A stretch of 64,000 bases of DNA from Octopus sinensis. Taxonomy: Eukaryota. Shown in pieces: positions 1-11,929 of this stretch. Every line of letters begins with the position of its first letter. Positions within the stretch are counted from its first letter, which is position 1. The stretch spans positions 24,490,001 to 24,554,000 of the forward strand of contig NC_043000.1 in assembly GCF_006345805.1 (NCBI RefSeq), in the 5' to 3' direction. Position numbers and translations under genes: made by a program. Below the pieces are notes generated by a model. It was not told the DNA's origin and made no database searches. It worked only from the letters and a program-made list of their open reading frames with translations.

Positions 1-213
1 GTCAGTGACGGTCTTCCTCGGACTTGAAAAGGCACACACACACACACAGACACACACACACACACACATACAGAGTAATTGATATTCTATTATTAGTAGA
101 TATTAATATTTTTATTTTGGTTGAGTCACAGTCTTATGCTACCCTTAGTTTTGCCTGTGAGTGCACAAAGTCTTGTGTGTGTGTATATATATTAAGCATT
201 GACCGATGATATG

Positions 214-264
<51 letters not shown>

Positions 265-493
265 AGAGATAAGGTGTCATTGAGACCCAAAGGTATAAAC
301 TTTGCGTATAAACTCTATATTTGGAAAGACCCATTTAAAACTCTGTTGGACTTTTGAACTTTACTCATAGGGTATTAGAATATTGCATGTATAAAATTAT
401 GTCTAAAAAATGAATTTACAACTTCAATATCCCTACATATCTTGCATCTATTTTCTTTTCTCCACCTCATTCTCTATTTTGTATTTTATCTAA

Positions 494-650
494 ATCAACT
501 ATTACTTAACCATCCTCTCACACCGTCTCCGATGAAGGGATATAAATAATAAATATCCTGGAAACAGCTGTAAGACTTTCTAGCTATAAATGTTCTAATA
601 TCTACACAGCCTTGGTTTTTTATCTCATTGCGCAAAAAATTCTTATATAT
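494..650 (+). mobile_element. Penelope-like terminal (pLTR-like) remnant carrying a hammerhead motif; copy 1
   Basis: About 155 nt is shared with 15832-15986 (caactattacttaaccat...ttatatata) and contains the hammerhead-like core at 525-576. Confidence 0.6.
525..576 (+). ncRNA. Minimal type I hammerhead ribozyme-like motif (U4C variant)
   Basis: gtct|CCGATGA|a-gggatat..atatcct-g|GAAAC|agct|GTA|agac. Stem I gtct/agac, 7-bp stem II, palindromic stem III loop. Confidence 0.6.
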
Positions 651-839
651 ATAAGAAGTCACGACCATTTTAGGCAGTTACACTTATATATATACAGCAG
701 AACCTCGGTTTTCGTACAACTCTGATCACGAATAAATCATATTTTATCTCCTGTCTTTCTCATATTCATTTAATATAGTAGTACCTCAGTTTACGAACAC
801 CTCTGATCATGAATAAATTGTGCTCTATATATATCTATA

Positions 840-890
<51 letters not shown>

Positions 891-1382
891 TATATAATAT
901 ATATATATATGTTCTTAATTATTTTGTTTTAAAGCCAAAACAGGCAAGTTGTAGTAGCAATTATTAATACAGGTCAATGGTTTTGTACTCTAACCTGGTG
1001 TTTCAATATTCCAAGGTTAGAATTCTTTCATCAGGAAATCCTCGGAGAAAAGCTGTTGTTAACTGACACACACACACACACACACACACACTACAGAACC
1101 AGGGCTGAATTCTCCCGTGTTAAAATTATCATTATTATCGCTTTTAATAATGATAATAATGAAATTACTGAGTATAGTGCTCAGGTGCACTACAACTCAT
1201 CAAAGGTGCATGTACAGTGCATAGAATTATGTACAAAAGTCAGGAAAGCGAACAGTGTGTGAGTCACGATACACAAGTGTGAGTGTGTATGTATGTTGTT
1301 GTTTAGCCCCAAGCCAGCTCTGACAGAACAGATCTATGATGAAAGTGTTGCATCAATGATCATCCTAATCCCTTTGTCCATA

Positions 1383-1750
1383 GGCGCAGGAGTGGCTGTG
1401 TGGTAAGTAGCTTGCTTACCAACCACATGGTTCCAGGTTCAGTGGCACCTTGGGCAAGTGTCTTTTACTATAGCCTCGAGCCGACCAAAGCCTTGTGAGT
1501 GGATTTGGTAGATGGAAACTGAAAGAAGCCTGTCGTATATATATGTTGTGTATCTGTGTTTATCCCCTCCAACATCACTTGACAACTGATGCTGGTGTGA
1601 TTAGGTTCCCATAACTTAACGGTTTGGCAAAAGAGACGATAGAATAAGTACTAGGCTTACAAAGAATAAGTCCTGGGGTTGATTTGTTTCGACTAAAGGC
1701 GGTGCTCCAGTATGGCTGCAGTCAAATGACTGAAGTAAAAGAATAAAAGA
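1383..1750 (+). mobile_element. tRNA-derived SINE family A
   Basis: Head ggcgcaggagtggctgtgtggtaagtagcttgc with B-box-like ggttccaggttcag, CORE-like ccttgggcaagtg, internal (TA/TG)n, tail gtcaaatgactgaa..aaaaga. About 20 copies in the window. Confidence 0.85.
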
Positions 1751-2269
1751 AAAAACAATAATACAAAGTGTATAAGGATCAATTATCCAATTCCTTTTCT
1801 TCAAAAGGCAGCAAGGTATAAATTGTGGGACATTTCGCTGCTCTTTCTTAAAGTTCAAGTGACTGCATAGGGGCTTCCTTCATTATTATTGTTGTTGTTG
1901 CTGTGATATGCAATAACTGAGTAGGTAAGAGAGCAACCTTGATTTTCATAAGGAGACAGAATGTAACCCTAACACACATGTAAAGACCAAGATCAAATAT
2001 CTCTGCTTACCACCCCCACTACTTAATTAATTTCCTGTCTAATTTAATTAAAAATTATCATTACTGTCCTGACCAACCCCTCTACATTAATTATTATCAT
2101 TGGTTAATACTAAAATAGCAAAGGTGGCAAGTGTTGTTGTTGTTGTTGTTGTTTAACTTTAGATCAGCCATGATTGAGTAGTTCTTAATGAAAGACGTTC
2201 CAGTGGTGGCCACCCTGTCATTTTTTAATGTATCTGATATTTTGGTTTTATTTGATGCTCTCTTTGTAT

Positions 2270-2626
2270 TCTATTTTTTTCTTTTACTTGTTTCAGTCAC
2301 TGAACTATGGCCATTCTGGGGCACCACCTCGAAGGGTTTTGCTGAACAAATCAATCCCCAGGCAAATTTTTAAGTCTGGTACTTATTCTATCAATCTCTT
2401 TGGCTGAACAGCTAACTCACAGGGATGTAAACAAACCAACACTGGCTGTCAAGCAGTGGTAGGGGACAAACACAAAAATACACACACGCACACATCTAAA
2501 TTCATTCACACAAGGTACTGATTGGCCTAGGGCTATACTAGAAGATATTTATCTGAGGTGCTGCACAATAGGACTGAACCTGAAACTAAAGGGCTGCAAA
2601 GTGAGTTTCTTATCACTCAGCCATCT
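2270..2626 (-). mobile_element. SINE family A, diverged
   Basis: Reverse-complement similarity to 1383-1750. Confidence 0.7.
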
Positions 2627-3212
2627 CTCATATACTTCTTTTATAGCTGATGCTTTTTACAAGGTCCCAGATACACATCTTTTTCCCTTTCTGTGCATAA
2701 TTTAAGGACAATTAGGCTGCTATTTCTAGGAAGTCGAGTTACTACATAGAAGTTCCATTTTTGCTTTAAGGTGATAAATTTTGTAGCTCCTGGCAGTTCA
2801 ACTCTACAAGTTTTAATTCTGAGCTGAAAGCCATTTCACTGCAATTTATGCCCTTGGCAAAGACATCATTCATATTTCTCATTTTCTCTTTCCTAAAATT
2901 AAAGGGCTTTCCTCCCCACCCCCACCACACACCTCACTAAAAAAAAGGAGGAAAAAAATCAAAATGATGATACTGTAATGTAAGTCAGTGAAGCTGGTTT
3001 TGAATGTCAGCTGAGGTCATTTCACTTCACTTATAGTCACTAATGCTCTTGCCAAAAAAAGAAGAAAACACATACACAAAAAAATAAAAAAAAAACTGAC
3101 TCTCACTTTATTTCAATTTTCCCTCTGCCAACTATTTGTGACCTTAGGTCTAAATAAGAAATCATTAGTAAAGAAAAAGAATGAAATGAAATGAAGTAGA
3201 AGCATATAGTAG

Positions 3213-3292
<80 letters not shown>

Positions 3293-3823
3293 GAAATATA
3301 TACATATATAAATATATGGTAGAAATATATATCTATACATATGTATTTTTACATATATGTATAGTAGAAATATATATATATATATATATATACATACATA
3401 TATATATATGTAGATACATATATACATGTATGTAATATATATGTGAGTGTGTATGTAGCAAAGGAATTGAGCGTTTCTATTTAGTCTGCTTCATTCCACT
3501 CCAGCTACTTTTAATGGTTTACTTTTTATTACAATCTTCCATCAATTTTTTTCAGTACTATATATAGATGTGAGAAAATGAGACAGGTATATTTGATTAG
3601 CAGTGATTTGATGAAATATCACAGCAGAAATGAAAGATTGTGTAGAGGAAAAAAAAAAAGCACCCCCTTCCCCCCGAGAAAATCTCCAAAATAACATAGA
3701 AAGAGCACTGCATCTCCCCCGTTACCCCCACACACTACTATCCTAAATTCAAAAGTTTATTCTAGTGGGTTTCAAGCAGGGCTATATATATATATATATA
3801 TATATATATAGATATATATACAC

Positions 3824-3870
<47 letters not shown>

Positions 3871-4329
3871 TACATATATATATACATACATACATAAAAA
3901 TACATATATATAAATATATGTATATAAAACCACCACCCACGCATATTAATAGAAATGATGGTAAAACTGTCTTGTGTTCCGAATGCAGGAAGTTTGTATT
4001 ATTTGTATCACTAAGAATTTTTAATGTGTTAAAACTTCTTTTTATCTCAACACCTGTTTATATTTAACTAGCTCATGAATGTTTTCTGAATATCTGCAGT
4101 ATGCATGTGTATGCATGCGTATAGTTGTATATGCATGTATGTTTGTTTATATATGTAACTGTCTATGCACGTGTAGGTGTTTGCATAAATTCATATACAT
4201 CCGTGTTATCAATTTCTGTAATTTTAGTAATGTGCAGAATATTTGTATGGCTTGATGGTACAGTAAAACAAGCTGGAAGAATCATAACAGCATCAGCTAG
4301 AATCACTTGTGGTATTTGCTCTGGATAAA

Positions 4330-4562
4330 GGCAGCGAGCTGGCAGAAACATTAGCACGCCAGGTGAAATGCTTAGCAGTATTTCGTCTGCCACTACGTTC
4401 TGAGTTCAAATTCCGCTGAGGTCGACTTTGCCTTTCATCCTTTCGGGGTCGATTAAATAAGTACCAGTTACGCACTGGGGTCGATATAATCGACTTAATC
4501 CGCTTGTCTGTCCTTGTTTATCCCCTCTGTGTTTAGCCCCTTGTGGGTAGTAAAGAAATAGG
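4330..4562 (+). mobile_element. tRNA-derived SINE family B with 17-nt TSD
   Basis: gcgagctggcagaaac head, gagttcaaattcc B-box, core gaggtcgactttgcctttcatcctttcggggtcga. TSD ggtatttgctctggata at about 4311-4327 and 4561-4577. Confidence 0.9.
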
Positions 4563-4689
4563 TATTTGCTCTGGATAGCTCTGCACTGAGTTCAAATATC
4601 ATTGATGCCAACTTCATTTTTCTTCTTTTCGTGGTAAATAAATGACATCATCATTGTCATCAAGATTCCTTAACTGATGGAGCCGGACT

Positions 4690-5065
4690 CTGGGGTGCAA
4701 TGCCAGGCACTTTCATATTTAGCATTACCATTGATTTCTGTTCTCTCTCATTCATAGAAAGTTTGCTGTGTTGTGACCTGTCCAGTCCTTGATGATGTGA
4801 AACCAGGATTCTCTCCGTCTTCTCTTTTGCCCTCCCTTATCTGTGCCCTGAAGAATGGTTTTGGACAGCAAGTTGTAGCAGGATACATGACCGTACCAGG
4901 AATCTTTCATCTTTTTACCTGTGCACGGAGTAGTTCCTGTCTACCAGCATATTTGTCAACTTGCATGACTAAGCCGTTCTTTTTATGCTCTTTTGATGTG
5001 TAGCATCAAATTTGTGTGCTCAAATGCCTGAATTCTTCAATCCATATCAGCTGTATGAGTTCAGC
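4690..5065 (-). pseudogene. Degraded RTE-clade LINE, 3' end of RT ORF
   Basis: Manual translation gives ELIQLIWIEEF..KMKDSWYGHVSCYNLLSKTILQGTDKGGKR. This resembles the RTE C-terminal motif WFGHV.R...LSKTILQG.VEG.RRRGR. Stops are present. Confidence 0.7.
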
Positions 5066-5217
5066 TCTCACCGTCATACTACAAGTTATTGAAGAATAAA
5101 AATCAAAATTAACTCAACTGGATTTACAGCTCAAAATGAGTCGTAACAAAATACAAGACATATTGAATTTTCTGAATCTACCATTCTTCATTTCATGGTA
5201 AATGTTCCAGTTTAAAA

Positions 5218-5425
5218 TTTTCAAATTTTGGCACAAGGCCAGCAAGTTTAGGACAGGGGTTAAGTTGATTATACTGACCCTAGTCCTTAACTGGTGCCTA
5301 TTTTTATTGATCTTGAAGAGATAAAAGGCAAAGCCAATCTCAGCAGAATTTGAACTCAGAACATAAAGCTGGAAGAAATGTTACTAAGTAACGGGTTGGG
5401 CATGCTAATGAAGCTGCCAGTTCAA
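5218..5425 (-). mobile_element. SINE family B (alternative tail)
   Basis: Contains aaggcaaagccaatctcagcagaatttgaactcagaac and gctgccagttc. Confidence 0.7.
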
Positions 5426-5479
5426 TGTGTTAGACATAATAATATGAAGTCAATAGGTGTAGCATGTTGGTGTGTGTTT

Positions 5480-5890
5480 GTCAATTGGTAAAATTAACCT
5501 TATCAGGTGTGGTCCAGTATGTTTTTGTATGTAAGGCAGCTGTGCTGTCAAAGATATTTGATCAGTGTTCTGACAGGAGTTGTATTATACTTTGCTGGGG
5601 TGCAACAGTAACCAGGACTGAATTATTTTTGTGGCCCTTGAAGAGGGATCCTACAAATCTTTGCATATGTGTGAGGCCAGAATAAGATGTCATTAACGAT
5701 TGGGAGATAACAGTATCTGGAGTTGAAGTCTTCAGCTGTGTGTTGCTGTTGCAGATGGAGAGTATGGCATTTTGAGATTGTTTTCTTGATATGTATAGTG
5801 GTACGGATATGTGTAATTTCAATGCTGTTAGAAGAGACTAGGTTATCATATTACAGTTCAGGATGTTTTCATAACAGACCTATGTTTTAT
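5480..5890 (-). pseudogene. Possible highly degraded CR1-group LINE 3' end
   Basis: Manual translation ..RIPLQGPQK*..VRTLIKYL*.. is loosely like the LINE C-terminal GPQLFN..LDKYL motif. The match is weak. Confidence 0.3.
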
Positions 5891-6018
5891 ATGCTTTTCA
5901 GACATTTAAAAACAAGCATTTTGTTGAAGAGTTGAATTTATCAGATGGTGGTAACAAGGAGAATTTTCAGGAGGGCAAATACAGTGTGTGAAGAAAGGGA
6001 TTCACTTATTTGTTTTAT

Positions 6019-6300
6019 GGCTGTATGGTAAGAGGTTTGCTTCATAACCACATGGTTTTAGGCTCAGTGCTACTGTGTGGCACCTTGGGCCAGTGTCTTC
6101 TGCTATAGCCCTTAGACAACCAAAGCCTTGTGAGCAAAACTGGTAGATGGAAAGTGAAAGAAACCTATTGTGTGTGTATGTTTTTGCATTAGGGTCTGCA
6201 TCTACCCCACCACTTGAAAACAGATGTTGGTTTGTCTATGTCCCAGTAACTTAGCAGTCCAGTAAAAGAGACAAGTATAAGTACCAGACTTTAAAAAACT
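6019..6300 (+). mobile_element. SINE family A, partial
   Basis: ggctgtatggtaagaggtttgcttc..gtggcaccttgggcc..ccaaagccttgtgag. Confidence 0.75.
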
Positions 6301-6360
6301 GCCTGCTTGTGGAATTAATGTGCAAGTGGCTGAGCACTTCACAGACACACTTGTTCTTAA

Positions 6361-6582
6361 CCCTTTCAATACCAACCTGACTGAAACCACTTCTGGCTCT
6401 GTGGTACAAATGTCTTGTTTTCAAAAGTTTTGAATTGAAATCTTCCACCAAATCTTAGTCACAGTTTATGTTCCTAACACTAGTTTAATGATAGCTAAGT
6501 TATTTTACTAAATTCTTTCTTATATTTAAAATTAATTGAAAGAAACACAGAGCATCTCAACAGAAATATGGTAACAAAAGGG
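6361..6582. mobile_element. piggyBac-type MITE, copy 1
   Basis: TTAA|CCCTTTcaatacc ... ggtaacaAAAGGG|TTAA: CCC/GGG termini and TTAA target. Confidence 0.85.
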
Positions 6583-6602
6583 TTAACAAATTACTAATTC
6601 AA

Positions 6603-6820
6603 CCCTTTCGATACCAACCCAGCTGAAACCACCTCTGGCTCTGTAGTACAAATGTCTTGTTTTCATAAGTTTTGAATTAAAATCTTCCACCAAACCTTAG
6701 TCACAATTTATGTTCCTAACACTAGCTTAATGATAACTAAGTTATTTTACTTAATTCTTTGTTATATTTAAAATTGAAAGAAACACAGAGCATCTCAACA
6801 AAAATATGGTAACAAAAGGG
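6603..6820. mobile_element. piggyBac-type MITE, copy 2 (tandem)
   Basis: TCAA|CCCTTTcgatacc ... ggtaacaAAAGGG|TTAA, highly similar to copy 1 and 20 nt downstream of it. Confidence 0.85.
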
Positions 6821-7747
6821 TTAATGTAGTTCTCAGGGAGATTCAGCACGACACAGAATATAATAAAGCTGGCCCTTTGAATTACAGGAACAACTCATTT
6901 TTGCCAGCTGAGTGGAGTGGAGCAAAGAGAAATAAAGTGCCCTGCTGAAAGGCATAACACGCTACCAGGAATTGAACTCATGACCTTACGACCATGAGCC
7001 AAATACCCTAACCGCTAAGCCATGTGCTGTTCTGAAAATAACATAATTGTAGTTTGTGTCTGATGAAACAGCTGAGTAGAGTAAACACTTGAGCGAAACT
7101 CTGAATGAGTTTCTAGATTTAGCCGAAAGTGGAATCAAAAGAGACATGTATGCTTGAGGTTCAGAGAAAAGTGAATATTTTGCAGGAAAATGTGTAAAGG
7201 AATTACATTGGAAAGAGATAGAAAAAGAATTGTAAAGGAGGCAGGCTGTTAAAGATGCCAAATGTAGAGGTGAAAGGTTATCAGAATACAAGGTGAAATT
7301 TATCAGACTACAAGGTGGAATGGTAAGAATTAGAGGAGGAGGAGATGATGATGATGATAACGATGATGATGAGTGAACTTTAAAATGTATTTAATGCATA
7401 CTTTTTGTAGTGTTTGTACAAGTACTATTTTTTAAAACAGATTGTGATGTATGAGCCATTCTTTATGACACTGGCAATCTAAGAGAAATGAAATGAATTC
7501 TGGAGGGAATTTAGTTCATTGTGAAATTAGTTTTACTTTTCTGTACTAATCGCTTTATTACATAATTTACTGAAACCATAATTTCTGTTATTGTGTCAAT
7601 GAATTTAACAATGATTGCGTGTGCATGTGTCTATATGTGTGCATGTGAGTGTGTGTGTGTTTGGGCATAAGTGGGTGTAAATAAAAGAGGAAGAGTTATG
7701 CAGTGCATGTTGCAGAGTGAGTTTGTCTTTAGTTGTATGTCAAGACA

Positions 7748-7780
<33 letters not shown>

Positions 7781-8429
7781 TTTTATTAAAAACAATGAGT
7801 TCAACAAAGTAAATTTTGTTTTTATCTGGGGACACATCAGGAACTAGTTAAGAAAGAATTAGACCCAGCACTTGCAGTTCTTTATTATAAGCATGTTCCT
7901 CTAAACAGTGAACCCCAGTGCTCTGTCTGCCTATCTGACAATCACATACATACACATACATCTAAGCATACAAATAAATACACATCCACAGATACATATC
8001 ATCACCACCATCATCATCATCATCATCATTCTCATAATCATTTGAACATCAATTTTTCCATGCTTTCATGGGTAGGATGAAATTTTTTTTACAGCAAGAG
8101 GCCCTTCCTATCACCAACTATCACCTGTTTTTCAAGCAGGGTCATTTTGGCCTCATTTCACAAAAGACTCTGATGCAAGACAAGGCAGCATGAACACACA
8201 CACACAATAAGCTTCTTCCATTTTCCATCTACTGATCCACTTGCAATATTTTTGTCAGCCTGGGGTTATAGTAGAAGACTCAAGGGGTCATAAAACAGGG
8301 CCGAATCAGAAACCACGTGGCTGGGAAGTGAACATTTTAGCCACATATCATCATCAGCTCCCGGATTCTATCTAAAGTCCTAGGTCTCAGAGAGTCAGTT
8401 ACCTGGTTTCCAGGATGTACAAATTACTA

Positions 8430-8602
8430 AGATCACACCATTTCGTCTAAACAGGACGCTAGTCCATTGTAGGAATAATCTGTTACAGCTGAGTGGACTG
8501 GAACAATATGAAATGAAGTGTTTTCCTTATGAACACAATGCATTGCCTAGGAATTGAAATCACAATTGCAAGATTGGGAGAACAACACCCTAACCACTAG
8601 GC
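8430..8602 (-). mobile_element. tRNA/CORE-like SINE fragment (family D-related)
   Basis: aaatgaagtgttt..gaacacaatgc..ggaattgaaatc..ccctaaccactagg. Confidence 0.6.
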
Positions 8603-8604
8603 GG

Positions 8605-8945
8605 CTGCACCAGGCTCCAGTCTGATCTGGAAGTGTTTCTACAGCTGGATGCCCTTCCTAACGCCAACCACTCCGTGAGTGTAGTGGGTGCTTTTTACGT
8701 GCCACCAGCACAGGGGCCAGAGAAGGCTGGAAGCGGCCTTGATTGGTTGGTGCTTTTTATGTGTCACTGGCACAGAAGCCAGTCAAGGCAGCGCTAGCAT
8801 TGGCCATGTTCGGATGGTGCCACCAGTACGGGTATCACAACTACAATTTCCATTTGATTTTTATTTTGATGTACTTTACTCAGTAGGTTTCCTCAAGCAC
8901 AGCAGGTCGCCCTACGATCCAAAGTAAGCACAGCAGGTCATCCTA
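8605..8945 (-). mobile_element. SINE family C, partial
   Basis: Core tttctacagctggatgcccttcctaacgccaaccactcc and repeated ggtgctttttacgtgccac units. Confidence 0.8.
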
Positions 8946-8963
8946 CAATCAATACACTTATTA

Positions 8964-8994
<31 letters not shown>

Positions 8995-9708
8995 GAAATG
9001 TTTGCTCTCAATTTAGGGAAAATCTCTTGTTATTTTTGTGTTCAAAATGTTAATAGATGTAATTCAAAGATAACATTCTATCTACTGGTGTGAAGTAACA
9101 GTAACAGTAGTAGTAGTAGTAGTAGTAAGGGTCTCTGTTTAAAGATGTAATAGTCATTACAAAGTGAAGTTTTGGAATCATTTTTACCCCTTGTAAGCAG
9201 AGCCACAGACCATGGCATACCATTATCTAGAACATATGTTTTAAACTAACACAATGCTTCTATTAAAAGAAAATGGAAAGAGTATGCTTCCTGCACTGGC
9301 CAATGGTGTTTTTAGCACACAGCAATGCCTGAACGAAAACATAACTCCACTGCCGTTACCGTTCTAATTGCCACCACCACCAACGACAACAACAAAAATA
9401 ACATCAATATAGAAATGAAACAGCTATTTAGATATAAGGCATCTAGGGGAAACAGATATTAAACATAACATTTACTGTTAAAATATATACACAGAAGACA
9501 ATAGACTACCTATGTTAGCAGAGAGACACAATAAATATTGGTTTACAATTACCAGTGTGTGTGTGTGTGTGTGTGTGAAGGAACAGGAAAGATGAGGGTG
9601 TGGAGGGGGGAAATGATAAAACAAAATGGATAACTTGATAGAAAATTGGCAACACGCATACACACATGCACATATATATATACCTACATACAGTATGTAA
9701 GCATGCAT

Positions 9709-9743
<35 letters not shown>

Positions 9744-9849
9744 CTTAGGAAGACGTACATTAGAGCCATTCATAAGAATATATTTTAAAAACAAAACACA
9801 TTGCTTTTATGTAACATCTTAGTCTCTTCCTAACGACAACAAATGAAAG

Positions 9850-10003
9850 AAATGGTTGAGTTGTGTATGTGTGTATAGGCATATATATATGTGCGTGTAT
9901 GTATGTGCATATATATATATATATGTATGTATATATATATGTATGTGTGTGTGTATATATATATATGTATATATATATATGTGTGTGTGTGTATATATAT
10001 ATG

Positions 10004-10046
<43 letters not shown>

Positions 10047-10050
10047 AATG
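9850..10050. repeat. Compound (TA)n/(TG)n microsatellite
   Basis: Seen directly; explains the YI/CV-rich ORFs here. Confidence 0.95.
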
Positions 10051-10688
10051 TATGTGTTCATATGTGTAGATTTGTCATGTATGTTTTGAATGGCAAGAGT
10101 GTTTCTAATCTGTTGGTTTCAGATACATGTTGTTTTTGAGGTCCATGTCGCTTTTAATGACTAAAATATCAGATAAAAAGTTCTTCATTACATTCAATTG
10201 TAAACTGAATATTATTATTTATACACTTTAACTAAAATTTTGAACTCATTAAGTTAATTGTGTATCCACAAGATGAAGCAATCATCCACATAACATTGTC
10301 TAATAGGTTTTTATCAAAGCTGCATCCGTATCTTAATTTGGATTTGTATATTTGGGTTTTTAAGCATGCCATATCTAATTAGTATGTTAGGGTAACTTTT
10401 GTTATCCTAACAGCCCCATATATTATATATCTCTACATGTAGTCATTGAAATCACGATAATAATAATTTAGTAGGTTGAATTTTATCCCTTCAATGATAA
10501 TTTCTTTCTCTATTTGATCAGGTAGTTTATCAGGAAAACTTTCAAACCAGATGATCTCTAATCCATCAAACAAGATGATCTCTAAACCATATTCAAGTAA
10601 AATCATATTATGGAACACTCCATCAAATGAAACATTAAAACAAAAACATGTATCTGCATGTATAAAAACCAACAACACTTTCATACAG

Positions 10689-10736
10689 TCCATCACCTGC
10701 TGATGAAGATGAGGTGTATCCACGCCAAGGAATAGG
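10689..10736 (+). CDS. Candidate 48-nt coding exon (PSPADEDEVYPRQGIG), host gene unknown
   Basis: ctttcatacAG acceptor, AGG|GTATGT donor, frame-preserving length, non-repetitive protein-like translation. Confidence 0.35.
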
Positions 10737-10774
10737 GTATGTAGAATGCATGTATATATTTTAATGCATTTTTA

Positions 10775-11066
10775 TTTACTTGTGTGCCCTTTTCAAGCCT
10801 AGCCAGGCTCATGGGCCTGGTTTCCTGGTTTCTGTGGCATATGTGTTCCTCCCAGCTGGATGGGATGCCAGTCCATCACAGCGTTACTCAAGAAACAGGA
10901 AGAAAGACTGAGAGAAAGTTGGGGTGAAAGAGTACAACAGGGGTCACCACCGCTCCCTGCTGGTGCCTCTTTTAGGTGTTTTCACACAACGCCCGGTCTG
11001 GGAATCGAAAACACCATCCTCCAACCGCGAGTCCGCTGCCCTAACCACTGGGCCATTGCACCTCCA
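10775..11066 (-). mobile_element. tRNA-derived SINE family D
   Basis: Revcomp head ggaggtgcaatggcccagtggttagggcagcggactcgcgg..ttttcgattccc (A and B boxes). Similar to 55199-55490. Confidence 0.85.
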
Positions 11067-11929
11067 CTATTTTAATGCATATGTCTGGATATATTTTTCA
11101 CATCATTTTGTTTACTCCTTTAGCATTCAGAGTACATTGTCAAATGTAGTGATTATTTATTGTTTTGAATTAATCATGCATTATCTTCATAGCTTTGAGA
11201 TTTTGATGATGTGGTTGTATACTTTTAAAATGACATTGTGGGATACATGTGAGAGGCAAGATCTGGTTGATTTGAACATCAAATGGGTGCAATATTCTGG
11301 CTGGATATGGCCAGTTTAAATGCTAAATGGTGAAGCTACTTTGTATCTGAATTCTCTCTATTTCACTGAGACCTTTGCTTAAATACTCCTCTTACATCCA
11401 TGTAATATATATTTCTGTCCCTAAATTATAAAAGATCAGTTGCAAGTCTGCCCTTCTTAGCTTTGCCACACGTTCAAAAGAAAGATAAAAAAAATGATGA
11501 CAAAACACTGCTTACATTCTAAATGAGTTTGAAAATAAAGAATTTGGAGCAATTTAATGAAATGAATTATTTTGTTAGGATTGTGTCTGAGAGTTTAGGA
11601 ATAATTGCTATATCTATATCACATTTCATGCTTGTGTCTAGATATTAGGATAACACATTTTCAGTTGACTTCCATGCCACATATGCATATATAATTTTAT
11701 CGAAGACAAAGACAAGAAGAAAAATTTTTTCCCTCTTACTGAAGTGAAAAGCAAATCTAGAAAGGAGTAAAAAGGTATTATCAAGAATGAAGCACAATTG
11801 AATTACAACAGTTATTTTTTGGTTACATATTTATAATAAAGAAATATATGAATAATTGGACAACAGATAATAAATGTCATAGTGTGTATATATGAAAGCA
11901 ATTGTTGTATGCTCAGGTGCATTACAACG

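Larger units (their letters stand above)
6303..7030 (-). mobile_element. tRNA-derived SINE family D interrupted by two piggyBac-type MITEs
   Basis: Head revcomp at about 6960-7025 (ccaggaattgaactc..ctaaccgctaagccatgtg). The tail continues across the TTAA insertion site (gacacacttgttcTTAA / TTAAtgtagttctcaggg). Confidence 0.7.

Noticed and set aside
7062-7120. ctgatga..gaaactctgaatgagtttc as a hammerhead
   Set aside because: No stem II pairing and no stem I complement; gaaactc/gagtttc is a simple hairpin.
10433-10723. 96-aa minus-strand ORF
   Set aside because: It is the antisense shadow of the plus-strand exon candidate, with a non-ATG start and no recognisable motif.
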